A DNA stretch of 64,000 bases from assembly GCA_902591315.1 (NCBI GenBank), contig CACJAI010000005.1:11392-75391 (forward strand). The letters are read 5' to 3'. The notes beneath the pieces are model-generated. The model worked only from the letters and a program-made list of their open reading frames with translations, was not told the origin of the DNA and did not search any database. Position numbers and translations under genes: made by a program. How positions within the stretch are numbered: the first letter of the stretch is position 1; each line of letters opens with the position of its first letter. The DNA comes from an uncultured Alphaproteobacteria bacterium (lineage in GTDB: Bacteria; Pseudomonadota; Alphaproteobacteria; HIMB59). Positions 1 to 11,655 of this stretch are shown here, one piece after another.

Positions 1-1
1 T

Positions 2-460
2 ATTCTAAAGAAAATATTATTTGATTTCTTAATTAATTCAGAACAGATTAATAATTTTAATTTTTCTGTAAAATTCATAGGTAATTTGAAGTTTTTAGCA
101 AAAAAAGAGTTAGAGCTAATAAAAAAATTTGAGAGTAAAAATCAAAAATGTAAAAAAAAACTATTCATCTATCTTAACTATAGTGGAAAAGATGATATTT
201 TTAATGCATCTAAATCTTTATATAAATTAGGCAAATTTGATTTAAATACTTTTCACAGGTATCTTTCATCTGGACAAATACCAGATCCTGATATTTTAAT
301 AAGAACTGGAGGATACAAAAGAATAAGTGATTTTATGTTGTATCAAGTTTCTTTTACTGAACTTTTTTTTACAAATAAGTTATGGCCAGATCTTAAAAAG
401 ACAGATATTAAAAATTATATTAATCAATTTTACAAGATAGACCGAAAATTTGGAAATTGA
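2..460 (+). CDS. uppS: Undecaprenyl diphosphate synthase, 5' truncated by window edge
   Basis: Frame open from base 2; motifs PDPDILIRTGG-x-RISDFMLYQ, ELFF-x-x-x-LWPD, C-terminal RKFG; upstream of cdsA. Confidence 0.95.
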   Translation: MLKKILFDFLINSEQINNFNFSVKFIGNLKFLAKKELELIKKFESKNQKCKKKLFIYLNYSGKDDIFNASKSLYKLGKFDLNTFHRYLSSGQIPDPDILIRTGGYKRISDFMLYQVSFTELFFTNKLWPDLKKTDIKNYINQFYKIDRKFGN

Positions 461-1162
461 CAAAAATAGAATAGTTATTGGCCTAATAATTTTATTATTC
501 TTTCTATTTGGATATTTTTTAAATTTAGACTTAATAATTTTATTTTGTATTTCATCATTAATAATTATTGAACTTTATAAATCATCATTCATAAATAATT
601 CATATAACAATTATTTTTAGTACTTTTTTTAATTATCTTTCCATTAATCTATTATCAAAATGAAATAATTAATCTATTTAATATTTTAATTATTCTTTTT
701 GTAATTATTGCGATTTTATTTCCAAATTTTTATTTGAAAAAATTATTTTTATTAGTAGTTCTACTTTTTATTCACAATTTTTTTTCAATTTATTATTATG
801 ATAGAAATATTTTATATTTTATAATTTTTACAGCTTTTTTTAATGATACTATCGCTTATATTTCTGGCAAATTATTAAAAGGGCCTCTTATTATTCCTCG
901 AATAAGTCCTAATAAAACATGGACTGGAACTATAGTATCCTTTATCTGTAGTTTCATTCTAATAATTCAATTTAATATATCTCTAATTATGGCTGTATTG
1001 TTATCAATCTCTCTTTTTTTTGGAGATATTTTTTTCTCTCATATAAAAAGAAAAACTAACATTAAAGATTTTTCAAACTTTCTTCAAGGCCATGGGGGAA
1101 TTTTAGACAGATTAGATAGTATGTTTTTTTTTATAATAATATTAAACTTTAATTATTTATGA
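450..1162 (+). CDS. cdsA: Phosphatidate cytidylyltransferase, with apparent single-base frameshift at about 608-617
   Basis: C-terminal part has [39 protein letters not shown]. Hydrophobic N-terminus ([14 protein letters not shown]...) starts at TTG 450 in another frame and stops at 618-620. Confidence 0.85.
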
Positions 1163-2253
1163 AACCAAAGATTTTAATAATTGGATCAACTGGTAAATTG
1201 GGTGTTAAATTACTAAATTATTCTAAAATAAATAAAATTAATATTTTTTGTATTACCGGTTATAAAAATACTAATCTTCTTAATTTACAAAAAAAAAAAT
1301 ATAATGTTAGAAATTATTTTAAGTTAAGTGAAAAAAAAGAAATATATAAGTTTAAATTATTTTTAACTAAATATAAGATCGATATAATTTATTTTTTAGA
1401 CTATGGTTATAAATCATTAATCTATTTAAATATCTTTTTAAAAAATAATAGTAACTCTCTTATAGCAATTGCCAATAAAGAGATGATAATTGCTGGTGGT
1501 GAAAATTTAATTAATAAAATAAATAAGAGTAAAAATACATTAATCCCACTTGACTCTGAACATTTTTCACTCATTAACACTAAAATCAACAATAAAGAGT
1601 TAAAAAAAATATATATAACTGCGTCTGGTGGGCCTTTTTATTTTAAAAAAAATGTAGATCTTAAAAAAGTAAAATTAAATCAGGTATTGGCTCATCCAAA
1701 ATGGAAAATGGGTTTAAATAATTCTATTGATTCATCAAATTTTATTAACAAGATTTTAGAAATATACGAGTTGTCCATTCTTTTTAACATTAATTTAAAT
1801 AAAATAGATTTTTTGATTAATCAAAATGCTTATATACATAGTATTGTTGTAAGTAAACATAATATAATCAGTATTAATTGTTTTGATAACGATATGTTAA
1901 TTACATTAATTGCACCTTTGTTGAAATATTATCCAAATATTGATCTTAAACATAAAAAAACTTTTCTTGATTATAAGATACTTAAACTTGAGAAGTTTAA
2001 AGATAAACGATTTAAAATTAATAAATATTTGACTATTTTGAAAAAACTAACACCACAACAGCAAATTTCATTTATGATCTTAAATAATATAGCACAAAAA
2101 AAATACATATCTGGAGAAATAAAGTATAATTCTATTTTAGATTTTATTATGACTAACCTTAAAAACATTAAAACACCAATTAAATTTACATCTATTAACG
2201 ATAGGTTAAAATTTATAGACTCAATTAATTCGAATTATGAAAATTATTATTAA
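1159..2253 (+). CDS. dxr: 1-deoxy-D-xylulose-5-phosphate reductoisomerase (divergent)
   Basis: GSTG, ANKE, PLDSEH, TASGGPF, HPKWKMG, IDS-x-x-x-x-NK-x-LE motifs; position after cdsA. Confidence 0.92.
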   Translation: MKPKILIIGSTGKLGVKLLNYSKINKINIFCITGYKNTNLLNLQKKKYNVRNYFKLSEKKEIYKFKLFLTKYKIDIIYFLDYGYKSLIYLNIFLKNNSNSLIAIANKEMIIAGGENLINKINKSKNTLIPLDSEHFSLINTKINNKELKKIYITASGGPFYFKKNVDLKKVKLNQVLAHPKWKMGLNNSIDSSNFINKILEIYELSILFNINLNKIDFLINQNAYIHSIVVSKHNIISINCFDNDMLITLIAPLLKYYPNIDLKHKKTFLDYKILKLEKFKDKRFKINKYLTILKKLTPQQQISFMILNNIAQKKYISGEIKYNSILDFIMTNLKNIKTPIKFTSINDRLKFIDSINSNYENYY

Positions 2254-4480
2254 AATATATTTAATTCTTTTACTAATCTTTTTTAGTTTTTTAAATAATT
2301 TGCAATCAAGTGGTTTGATAATAAATGGTCTATCTAAGCTCAGTATTAATGACTTGCAGACACAAACGTCTATTGATTTAAATAAAAAATCTTATAATGA
2401 TGATGACATAAATATATTATTAAAAGATTTATATAAGTCTGAGATTATTTTTGATCTAAAATATAATAAAGACAATGGTAAACATTTTATTGAAATACAA
2501 GAAAACATAATAATTAAAGACATATTTATAAATGGCAATCAAAGAGTAGAAGATGAAATAATTATTAATAATATTTCGATGAAAAAAAATGGTTTTATTA
2601 ATAAAAATCGAATTAATGACGACATAGATTTGATCAAAAGTATTTACCGTGTGAAAGGATTTAATAATACTACTGTTAGTGTATCTACAGAAAAATTTTC
2701 GGGAGATAGAGTCAATTTAATATATTATATAGAAGAGAATGACCAATCACAAATTGAGAGGATTACTTTCAATGGAAATCAAACATTTTCTGATAGATAT
2801 CTATTATCTTTAGTTAATACTAAGACTAGAAACTTCTATAATATTTTTACTTCTGGGTCGAATTTAAATATCGAAAATTTTGGTTTTGATATAAATAAAA
2901 TAAAATCTTTTTATAAACAAAAAGGTTTTTTTGATGTAAAGGTTAATTACAATATATCTGAGACATCATCAAATAAATATACAGTAAATTTTTTTATAGA
3001 AGAAGGTGATAGACTTAAAATAAATGATATAAATATTGATATTTCTAACTCAAGTATACAATCTAAAATTAATAAGCAATTTGAAAGATTTACAAAAAAA
3101 TTATCTAAAAATAATTTCTATTATGATCAGTTAATCATTGATGAACACTTAAATAAAATTAATAAATTATTAATAAATAATAATAATTTTAATTATATTT
3201 ATGTCACTAATCTGGATATAAATAATGAAACTAATAAATTAACTTTTGTCTCTAAAAAAATTAATCCTTCAATTATAAATAAAATTACCATAACTGGTAA
3301 TGATATAACTAAAGACTCAACAATTAGATCTAAAATACCATTCGAACCAGGTGATTATTTTAACTCAAATTTAATTAAATCAACTAAAAATGATTTATTA
3401 AAATTTGCTTATATAAACAGTGTAGATATAACTAGTGATATTATTGATAGTAAGTCTAATGTAAGCATAAATATCAATGAAAATAAAAAAACTGGACAAG
3501 TTTTGTTTGGAGGTTCTTTTTCTGGTGACTCTGGAGCTGGTTTAACATTATCTCTTAAAGATAATAATATTTTTGGATCTGGTAATAAAATTGACTCTAA
3601 TTTCACAGCTAATCAAGAAAATACATTATTTAAAATTTCATACATTCAATTTCCAGTTTCCACACCTAATATTAGAAATAACTACACAGTTTTTAATACA
3701 GAAAAGGATTTAACTAGTTCTTTTGGATTTAAAACAAAGGAACAGGGCATAGGATATTCACTAAATTTTGACTACGATGAAATATTGAGATTAAGCACTG
3801 GTTTTTCTGCAAAAAAATCAGAAAGGTACGACGCTAAAACTAATACTTCATCGATTAATGAAAACATAGGTAATTACAACATCTATTCTTTAAATTTCTC
3901 ATTAAAACAAGATACTACTAATAACATACTATATCCGACCAATGGTGTATCTAATAGTATTTTTGTTGAGTATTCTCCAAAAGATATATCAGATGATAGC
4001 TACTATAAATTAATTTTAAAAAGTGATGTTTATAGAAAAAATAAAAATTCAAATAGGTTTTTATTTTTTTCAAATGACTTTGGTTTAGCAGAATCTTTAG
4101 AAGGTAATCTAAGCACTGTGAATGCATTTAGTTTAGGTGGTTTAAATTTTAAAGGATTTGATTATAGAGGAATTGGCCCAAAAGTTGACGGTATATATCT
4201 TGGAGGTAATAAGTTCTTTACCTCTACTATAGGATATGGTGGCTCATTTCTTTTTGATGATAAAGATAATGTAAATACAAAACTATTTTATTCTTTAGGA
4301 TCCATATGGGATAGTGATTATACTAATGATAATGATTTTGATATAAGATCATCTGCTGGTTTATCTTTTGATATTTTAACAGCAGTTGGGCCTATTTCTT
4401 TATCATATGCTATTCCAATTGATAAAAAATCAAATGACAGAACAAGTAATTTTAACTTTTCAATTGGTACTTCTTTTTAA
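2237..4480 (+). CDS. bamA: Outer membrane protein assembly factor BamA
   Basis: Signal peptide, POTRA-like repeats (I-x-F-x-GN), FKGFDYRGIGP loop-6 variant, C-terminal FNFSIGTSF. Confidence 0.95.
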   Translation: MKIIIKIYLILLLIFFSFLNNLQSSGLIINGLSKLSINDLQTQTSIDLNKKSYNDDDINILLKDLYKSEIIFDLKYNKDNGKHFIEIQENIIIKDIFINGNQRVEDEIIINNISMKKNGFINKNRINDDIDLIKSIYRVKGFNNTTVSVSTEKFSGDRVNLIYYIEENDQSQIERITFNGNQTFSDRYLLSLVNTKTRNFYNIFTSGSNLNIENFGFDINKIKSFYKQKGFFDVKVNYNISETSSNKYTVNFFIEEGDRLKINDINIDISNSSIQSKINKQFERFTKKLSKNNFYYDQLIIDEHLNKINKLLINNNNFNYIYVTNLDINNETNKLTFVSKKINPSIINKITITGNDITKDSTIRSKIPFEPGDYFNSNLIKSTKNDLLKFAYINSVDITSDIIDSKSNVSININENKKTGQVLFGGSFSGDSGAGLTLSLKDNNIFGSGNKIDSNFTANQENTLFKISYIQFPVSTPNIRNNYTVFNTEKDLTSSFGFKTKEQGIGYSLNFDYDEILRLSTGFSAKKSERYDAKTNTSSINENIGNYNIYSLNFSLKQDTTNNILYPTNGVSNSIFVEYSPKDISDDSYYKLILKSDVYRKNKNSNRFLFFSNDFGLAESLEGNLSTVNAFSLGGLNFKGFDYRGIGPKVDGIYLGGNKFFTSTIGYGGSFLFDDKDNVNTKLFYSLGSIWDSDYTNDNDFDIRSSAGLSFDILTAVGPISLSYAIPIDKKSNDRTSNFNFSIGTSF

Positions 4481-4486
4481 GCACTA

Positions 4487-5470
4487 ATGTTAAATTTTAA
4501 TAGAAGAAATTTTTTCAAAATGAATAAAGTATTATCTTGTAAAGATTTAATAAATATTCTGGATAAAAATATAATAAAACATCAAATTCTAGATAACTTT
4601 GAAATATTAGATATTTCTTCTTTGACAACAAAAAAAAATAATTCGGTTTTATTTTTAGATAAAGATACAAATATTTCGCATAATAATTTTGACTCAATTT
4701 TAATTATAACAAATGAGGAAAAAGTATTTTTAAATAATAAGTTTAAAAATATTTTATATTGTAAAAATTTAAATGAGTCATGGAATACAATAGTTAATGA
4801 AATATACTCTCATGAAGACTCATTAAATTACAAAGATGAATTTATTCTTTCAAATAATTCGTATATCTCAAAAGATGCCAATATTGATAAATCTGCTAAA
4901 ATTTTTAGTAATTGTGTAATTGGAAAAGGTGTCGAAATAGGTAAAAATTGTATAATAAAAAACAATGTAGTAATTAAAAATTCAATAATAAAAGATAACG
5001 TTATTATTTGTGACAATACTTCAATAGGTACAACTGGTTTCGGTTTTGATACTAATAAAAGAGGATCATCATTTATTAATCCACAAATTGGTATAGTTAT
5101 AATAGATGATAATGTGCACATAGGTTCGAGCTGCACTATAGATAGAGCTAAAATTGATTACACTTATATTGGTAAAAATTCGATGATAGACAATTTGGTA
5201 CATATTGCTCATAATGTAATAATTGGTGAAAATGCTTGTATTGCAGCACAAACTGGTATTTCAGGTAGTGTTGTTATTGGAAATAATGTAACAATAGGCG
5301 GAAAAGCTGGGTTTGCTGGACATATTAAAGTAGGAGATAACGTTGTAATTGCAGCCCTTAGTGGTGTTACCAAAAATATAAAAGATAATTCAATTGTTGC
5401 TGGTTTCCCAGCCATTGATATAAAAGAGTGGAAAAAAAATCTTATTAGACAAAGAAATTATGGACATTAA
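4487..5470 (+). CDS. lpxD: UDP-3-O-acylglucosamine N-acyltransferase
   Basis: Hexapeptide repeats, [23 protein letters not shown]; alternative start 4520. Confidence 0.95.
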   Translation: MLNFNRRNFFKMNKVLSCKDLINILDKNIIKHQILDNFEILDISSLTTKKNNSVLFLDKDTNISHNNFDSILIITNEEKVFLNNKFKNILYCKNLNESWNTIVNEIYSHEDSLNYKDEFILSNNSYISKDANIDKSAKIFSNCVIGKGVEIGKNCIIKNNVVIKNSIIKDNVIICDNTSIGTTGFGFDTNKRGSSFINPQIGIVIIDDNVHIGSSCTIDRAKIDYTYIGKNSMIDNLVHIAHNVIIGENACIAAQTGISGSVVIGNNVTIGGKAGFAGHIKVGDNVVIAALSGVTKNIKDNSIVAGFPAIDIKEWKKNLIRQRNYGH

Positions 5471-5906
5471 TGACATACAAAAAGTATTACCTCATAGGTA
5501 TCCTTTTTTACTTATAGACAAAATTGTTGAATATGAACCTGATATTTCTGCTCACGCAATTAAATGTGTAACTATAAACGAGCCTTTTTTTCAAGGTCAC
5601 TTTCCTGGAAGACCGCTGATGCCAGGTGTTTTGGTTATAGAAGCTATTGTACAAGCAGCTTGCTTTACAGTTGCTATGAAATTAAAAGATAGTATGAAAA
5701 ATCCAGGTGTATCCTTTATGACAATTGATAAATGTAAATTCAGAAAACCTATAATCCCCGGTGATGTTTTAAATCTAAAAGTAAATCGTTTAAATAAAGT
5801 TAAGAATGTTTACAAATTTGAAGGAAAATGCTTTGTAAATGATGTTATACATGCTCAATGTATATTTTCAGCGATGATACATGACGTCCCTGATTCATCC
5901 AAGTAG
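5460..5906 (+). CDS. fabZ: 3-hydroxyacyl-ACP dehydratase
   Basis: [27 protein letters not shown]. Confidence 0.97.
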   Translation: MDINDIQKVLPHRYPFLLIDKIVEYEPDISAHAIKCVTINEPFFQGHFPGRPLMPGVLVIEAIVQAACFTVAMKLKDSMKNPGVSFMTIDKCKFRKPIIPGDVLNLKVNRLNKVKNVYKFEGKCFVNDVIHAQCIFSAMIHDVPDSSK

Positions 5907-6639
5907 CACAATAAGCAATTCTGTTAAATTAGAAGACAACATTAAGATTGGTCCTTACTGTAATATAGAAGGTGAAATATCAATTGGTGAAGGGACTATA
6001 ATCAAGTCCCATGTTTCCATAACCGGAAATACAACTATTGGAAAGAATAATATATTCTATCCTTTTTCAAATATTGGATGTGATCCTCAGGATCTTAAAT
6101 TCTCTGGAGAAGACAGTTTTTTAGAGATAGGTAATTCTAATACATTTAGAGAAAATGTTACTATTAGCAAAGGCACTAAAGATGGGGGAATGGTAACAAC
6201 TATAAAAGATAATAATCTTTTCATGACGGGCGTTCATATAGCTCATGATTGTAAGATAAATAACAATAATATATTTGTTAATCAAGTTACACTTGGAGGG
6301 CATGTAAATATTCTTGATAATGTTGTAATAGGTGGCTTATCTGCTGTAATTCAGTTTGTAACTATAGGATCTTATTCAATGATTGGTGGTATGAGCGGCA
6401 TTGATAAAAATGTATTACCATTTAGTTTAGCAATTGGTAATAGAGCAAAATTAAGAGGTTTAAATTTAGTTGGTATAAGAAGAAACAATTTCAATAAAGA
6501 AGAAATAAAAAAAATTAATTCCTTACATGAGGATTTTATTAATAAAAATATTAATTTTTCTAATAACAATAAAGTAGAGAAAATATTTCAAGAATATAAA
6601 TCAATTTTGAATGAAAAACTTGGCCATATCCAAAAATGA
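5881..6639 (+). CDS. lpxA: UDP-N-acetylglucosamine acyltransferase
   Basis: IHPS start, PQDLKF, HIAHDC, LGGHV, GLNLVGIRR. Confidence 0.96.
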   Translation: MTSLIHPSSTISNSVKLEDNIKIGPYCNIEGEISIGEGTIIKSHVSITGNTTIGKNNIFYPFSNIGCDPQDLKFSGEDSFLEIGNSNTFRENVTISKGTKDGGMVTTIKDNNLFMTGVHIAHDCKINNNNIFVNQVTLGGHVNILDNVVIGGLSAVIQFVTIGSYSMIGGMSGIDKNVLPFSLAIGNRAKLRGLNLVGIRRNNFNKEEIKKINSLHEDFINKNINFSNNNKVEKIFQEYKSILNEKLGHIQK

Positions 6640-7435
6640 AATCTGCCTTATAGCTGGATCAGGTTTATTTGTTAATGAAGTTGCAAATTTTTTAAATAAT
6701 AAAAATTTACTCAATCAAATAATACTAATAAATAAGAATGAACTTATAAAAAAAAATTTTAAGAACAAGTACAAGTTTTTTAAAATTCAAGATATTGAAA
6801 AAATCACCTCATTCATTAGATCCAAAAACATAAAAAAGGTTATTATAATAGGCTATGTAGAACTCCCTTCTATTGAAAAAATTAATTTATCAATTAAATC
6901 AAAGCTATTAATTTCAAAAGATATATTCCTTAATAATATTAATGATCAATCTAAAATACTAAAAAAGTATTTATCTAATAATAAATTAATTCTACTATCT
7001 CAAAAAAAATTATTAAAAAAAATGCTTGTTTCTTACGATGATGAGTATTACCACAATGAAAATAAAAAAATTATTAATAAAATAAAAATTAAAAAAAACT
7101 TTCTAAAAAAAATATTTTCTATGAACATTTCACAATCATTAATATTAAATGGTGATAGAGTAATAACTATGGAAGATATATTTGGCACTAATGAAATGAT
7201 TAATAAAATAAGTAAAATTCATTCTAAATTTAACAACTTGATTTTTATAAAATCTAAAAAAGCAAATCAGATAGATGAAATTGATTTTCCAGTAATAGGC
7301 ATGGAAACACTTAGGTTACTTATAAAATATAAATTTCGTGCCATTTGTTTATTTAATAATAATATTATAATTTCTGAAAAAGATAATTTTTTAAAAAAAA
7401 TTCGAGCAAGTAATATTTCTTTAATTATTTTATAA
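6611..7435 (+). CDS. lpxI: UDP-2,3-diacylglucosamine pyrophosphatase LpxI (divergent)
   Basis: LIAGSG N-terminus, E-x-x-x-GT-x-x-MI, K-x-x-Q-x-x-x-x-DFPVIG-x-x-T; between lpxA and lpxB. Confidence 0.85.
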   Translation: MKNLAISKNEICLIAGSGLFVNEVANFLNNKNLLNQIILINKNELIKKNFKNKYKFFKIQDIEKITSFIRSKNIKKVIIIGYVELPSIEKINLSIKSKLLISKDIFLNNINDQSKILKKYLSNNKLILLSQKKLLKKMLVSYDDEYYHNENKKIINKIKIKKNFLKKIFSMNISQSLILNGDRVITMEDIFGTNEMINKISKIHSKFNNLIFIKSKKANQIDEIDFPVIGMETLRLLIKYKFRAICLFNNNIIISEKDNFLKKIRASNISLIIL

Positions 7436-7436
7436 T

Positions 7437-8522
7437 ATGAAAATTTTATTTATTACACTGGAACAATCTGGTAGACAAATTGTTAAATCAATACTTGAAG
7501 ATAATTTTTTTAAGATAAATAAAAATAGAATATTTACTTTTGGCATGAATAAAGACTCTAGAGAATTTAAAGATTTAACTAATATAAAAATTAATTCTAT
7601 TATGGGAGTTGTAGATATAGTTCGTAATTTAAAATATCTATTTAATCTTAGATTAAAAATCAAAGAAGTTGTTGATATACATTTATTTACTCATATTTTT
7701 TTCGTAGATTCATTTGATTTTTCAAAATTTTACATCCAAAAATTTAAATCAAATCAAATTAAATACTGCCAAATTGTAGGCCCATCAGTTTTTATCTGGA
7801 AATCAAGTAAAGCAAAATTTATTAATAGAAATTTTGATAAGATTTTTTCAATATTTAGTATTGAAAAAAGTTATTATAATTCGGATATTTATGATTATAT
7901 CGGTCATCCTTTAAAGAACAAAACTTATTATTCTAATAATTATAATGAAATAAGTAACATTGGTATTTTTTTGGGAAGTAGACAGCAAGAAATACATAAA
8001 AATATTTTTATTATTAAGAAATTACTTTTAAATCTCAAAAAATATAAAGAACTTGTTTTTAATTTTTTTGTTACAAGTGAAGATCATGAATTTATAAAAA
8101 ACTATTTTAAAGATAATTCTAATATACAAATACATTTGAATGATAATTCTTACTATAAAAAAATATCTAAACTAGATTTTGCTTTTGCCTGTTCAGGGAC
8201 TGTTCATTTAGAACTATGTTTTTCAAATATACCACACTTAATATTTTATAAAGCGAATATTATAAATTATTCTATTTTTAAATTGTTCGTAAGATCAAAA
8301 TATTTATCATTAGTTAATATTTTCAATAAAAAAGAAATTGTAAAAGAGTTCATACAAAATGATTTTACAGTCACTAACTTGTCAAATTTTTTTACAAATT
8401 TAAAATTAAATAAAGATAAATTTTATAATTATAGAAAAAATATGTTTGATGGGATTAAAAGTAGTAATTTTGAAAACTTTCGTTCAAGTATAATTACTGA
8501 TTATTTAGAAAAGTTTTCTTAA
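7437..8522 (+). CDS. lpxB: Lipid-A-disaccharide synthase (divergent)
   Basis: E-x-[47 protein letters not shown]. Confidence 0.92.
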   Translation: MKILFITLEQSGRQIVKSILEDNFFKINKNRIFTFGMNKDSREFKDLTNIKINSIMGVVDIVRNLKYLFNLRLKIKEVVDIHLFTHIFFVDSFDFSKFYIQKFKSNQIKYCQIVGPSVFIWKSSKAKFINRNFDKIFSIFSIEKSYYNSDIYDYIGHPLKNKTYYSNNYNEISNIGIFLGSRQQEIHKNIFIIKKLLLNLKKYKELVFNFFVTSEDHEFIKNYFKDNSNIQIHLNDNSYYKKISKLDFAFACSGTVHLELCFSNIPHLIFYKANIINYSIFKLFVRSKYLSLVNIFNKKEIVKEFIQNDFTVTNLSNFFTNLKLNKDKFYNYRKNMFDGIKSSNFENFRSSIITDYLEKFS

Positions 8523-9849
8523 GCCACAGTAAATTAAATATTGATTTTTTCTCTCTATCAGGGACTTTTTTATAGGACTTATCTTTATCTCCAGTAAATA
8601 ATTGTCTAGGTCTTGTTATTTTAAATTCTTTGTCTTCTATCATTTCTTTCCATTGTGATAGCCAGCCTACTGTTCTCCCAACTGCAAAAATTGGTGTAAA
8701 CATTGTAGTAGGTATATTTAGTGCTTTTAAAAGAATTCCAGAGTAAAAATCAACATTCGGGTATAGATTTTTTTCTTTAAAATATGTGTCATTTAAAGCC
8801 AATTCTTCAATTTCTTTAGCTATTTCGAGTTCTTTTGATTTAATTTTTAAATCCTTAAATAAATCTTCTGTGCTTTTCTTTAAAACTTTAGCTCTAGGGT
8901 CATAGCTTTTATAGACTCTATGTCCAAAACCCATCAATCTAATTTTATTTTTTTTATTTTTAACTTCTTCTATAAAGTCTTTGGGTTTTAAATCATTTAA
9001 AACAATTTCATCAATCATATCTATAACAGCTTCATTTGCACCGCCGTGAGATTTTCCCCAAAGTGACGAAATTCCAGCTGATAAACAAGCATATGGGTTC
9101 GCAAGAGACGAACCAGCAGTTCTTACAGTTGATGTTGAAGCATTTTGTTCATGATCAGCATGAAGAATAAATATTTGATCCATTATTTTTGAAAAGAGCG
9201 GATTTATTTCATATTCCTTTGTTGGTGTTGCAAAGCACATATGTAAAAAATTATCTGCATAATTAAGTTTATTGACAGGATAAACAAAGGGTTGACCTAC
9301 TGAGTATTTATAAGCCATTGCAGCAATGGTTGGCATCTTTGCTAAAATTCTATGTGATGCAATCATTCTATGCTCAGGATCTTCAATATTTAAAGAGTCA
9401 TGATAAAATGACGATAAAGCTCCAACTATTCCAATCATCATCGCCATTGGGTGTGCATCTCTTCTAAAACCTCTATAAAACTGAATTATTTGCTCATTTA
9501 GTAATGTGTGGTTTTTAATTATTTCTTCAAACTCATTTTTATCACTTTCTGAAGGTAACTCACCATGCATGAGTAAATAACAGACTTCAAGATGAGAACT
9601 ACTATTTGCGAGTTCTTCAATAGGATAACCTCTATATTGAAGAATACCTTTTTCTCCATCAATATAAGTTATTTTAGAGTTACAAGCTGCAGTTGATGTA
9701 AAACCTGGGTCATAAGTAAATAAACCTGTCTTCTTATAAAGTGATGAGATGTTAATTACATCTGGTCCAATAGATCCTTTGATACCATCGAATTCATACT
9801 CTTTACCAGTTTTAGTATCGACTAATTTAAATCGTTTTTCATCAATCAT
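8494..9849 (-). CDS. gltA: Citrate synthase (type II)
   Basis: [46 protein letters not shown]. Confidence 0.98.
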   Translation of the reverse strand: MIDEKRFKLVDTKTGKEYEFDGIKGSIGPDVINISSLYKKTGLFTYDPGFTSTAACNSKITYIDGEKGILQYRGYPIEELANSSSHLEVCYLLMHGELPSESDKNEFEEIIKNHTLLNEQIIQFYRGFRRDAHPMAMMIGIVGALSSFYHDSLNIEDPEHRMIASHRILAKMPTIAAMAYKYSVGQPFVYPVNKLNYADNFLHMCFATPTKEYEINPLFSKIMDQIFILHADHEQNASTSTVRTAGSSLANPYACLSAGISSLWGKSHGGANEAVIDMIDEIVLNDLKPKDFIEEVKNKKNKIRLMGFGHRVYKSYDPRAKVLKKSTEDLFKDLKIKSKELEIAKEIEELALNDTYFKEKNLYPNVDFYSGILLKALNIPTTMFTPIFAVGRTVGWLSQWKEMIEDKEFKITRPRQLFTGDKDKSYKKVPDREKKSIFNLLWLKKTFLNNQ

Positions 9850-11077
9850 TTAAATATAATAATAACTTTTCTCTCACTTTTTCAATACCAAAGAATAAAA
9901 TAATCTTCTCAATTGGTATTTTGGACTCAAAATTTACTGTGATTTTTCTAATTATCTTACCTATTTTCTTTAAAGGTAAGTCATTTTCTTTAAGCATTAA
10001 TACAGCATTATCAGTATCATGCAAACTTTTAATAATTGAATAAATTTTTTTAATTAAATCTTTTTCATTTTCATCAATTTCAAGGACAATATTTTTTTCA
10101 CAAAATTTTAAAAGTTTTGATACTTCTATATTGATATCTGTATATTTGTTACATCTTTCTAATATGTCCTGGAAAACAAGTTCCAACTGAAAATTAGATA
10201 CTTGTTTTTCTATATCCTTTTCTAAAAAATTTTTAAATTCTATAAAAGTTAATTTATTTAAATAATGACGATTAATGAAATCTAACTTTTCAATATCAAA
10301 TTTAGCTGGTGATAAAACTACTTTAGATAAATTGAAATTTTCAATTGCATCTTCAATATCTAAATATTCAATATCATTGAAATTATTACCTAATTTAATA
10401 ATAAAATTAAATATTGAGTCTGATAGATAACCTTCACTCAAATAAGCTTTTACATTAGTTATATTATTTCTTTTTGATAATTTTTTGCCATTGATGTCAT
10501 GTATTAGGGGTATATGTGCATATTTTATATCTTTAAAATTTAAAGCATTAGATATCATAATTTGTTTAATTGAATTAGTAGTATGATCGTTTCCACGAAT
10601 GACATTAGTCACATTCTCAAAATTATCGTCAATTAAGTTTGATAATATAAAAGTTGGGCTTTTGTCAGATCTTGCAATTGAAAAATCTTCTATAGTATTA
10701 GATGGTACTTTAATTTTTCCTAAAATTAAATCATCATACTCAAAAAATTCATTATCTCTGTTCACTCTAAACTTATAAGGCCCATCCTTTGAACGATACG
10801 CCATATCACTCGACATCAGTTTTTCTAAATATTCTTGATGAATACTTAAATTTTTAGATTGATAACTAATATTGTCATATTGAAGTTTAAATATATTAAA
10901 TATTTTTAATATTTCTTCTTCATATATTTTTTTTGATCTTTCCTTATCAGTGTCTTCTATTCTTAAAAGGAATTTTCCTTTATTTTTTCTTGCAAATAAA
11001 AAATTGTAAATTGCAGTCCTTAAACTGCCCATATGAAAGTTTCCAGTAGGAGAGGGTGCGAATCTAGTGATTATCAT
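9842..11077 (-). CDS. gltX: Glutamate--tRNA ligase (compact)
   Basis: TRFAPSPTG-x-x-HMGS, LRIEDTD, VIRG-x-DH, KLSKR; adjacent to gltA. Confidence 0.93.
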   Translation of the reverse strand: MIITRFAPSPTGNFHMGSLRTAIYNFLFARKNKGKFLLRIEDTDKERSKKIYEEEILKIFNIFKLQYDNISYQSKNLSIHQEYLEKLMSSDMAYRSKDGPYKFRVNRDNEFFEYDDLILGKIKVPSNTIEDFSIARSDKSPTFILSNLIDDNFENVTNVIRGNDHTTNSIKQIMISNALNFKDIKYAHIPLIHDINGKKLSKRNNITNVKAYLSEGYLSDSIFNFIIKLGNNFNDIEYLDIEDAIENFNLSKVVLSPAKFDIEKLDFINRHYLNKLTFIEFKNFLEKDIEKQVSNFQLELVFQDILERCNKYTDINIEVSKLLKFCEKNIVLEIDENEKDLIKKIYSIIKSLHDTDNAVLMLKENDLPLKKIGKIIRKITVNFESKIPIEKIILFFGIEKVREKLLLYLND

Positions 11078-11655
11078 TAATATTTTCTGACTAAATTAAT
11101 CATCTTACCCAATATTTTGATCCTATCTTTTTTATATTTGATTGATGAAAAATTTTTGTGATCGCCAAATATTTCAATTTCATCTTTGATTAATTTAATT
11201 TTTTTTAGAGTTATCTCACTTTCATCTATCTGAATTGCATGAATATCATTTGAATTATAATTTGTAACTTTTTCTAATATAATTATATCATCTTCAAAAA
11301 TACCATATGAATTCATTGAATTACCACTTACTTTACAAGCGACACAGTTTTTTTTATTTGATTTTATAAAACTATTTACATCAATATATTCTGTTTGTTG
11401 ACTCAAACTGTCTATAGGTTTACCCGCAGATATCGCATTGTAAAAAGGAATTAAATTATTTAATTCAATAGACCTAGATTTTAATTTGTCTTTTTTAATG
11501 TGACCTTGTTCTTCTAAATACTCTAAATATTGGAATATAGAGGATTTAGATTTTAAACCCATGTGTTCTCTCATTTCCTCATAATTAGGAGATATTTTGT
11601 TTTTCTCAATATATTTTCTCAAAAAATCTAAAAGCTTTTTGGCGTTTTTAGTCAT
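11077..11655 (-). CDS. lexA: LexA repressor
   Basis: Alpha-type HTH (SP-x-YEEM...LKSKS), AG cleavage site (SAGKP), catalytic GNSM and TLKK. Confidence 0.92.
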   Translation of the reverse strand: MTKNAKKLLDFLRKYIEKNKISPNYEEMREHMGLKSKSSIFQYLEYLEEQGHIKKDKLKSRSIELNNLIPFYNAISAGKPIDSLSQQTEYIDVNSFIKSNKKNCVACKVSGNSMNSYGIFEDDIIILEKVTNYNSNDIHAIQIDESEITLKKIKLIKDEIEIFGDHKNFSSIKYKKDRIKILGKMINLVRKY

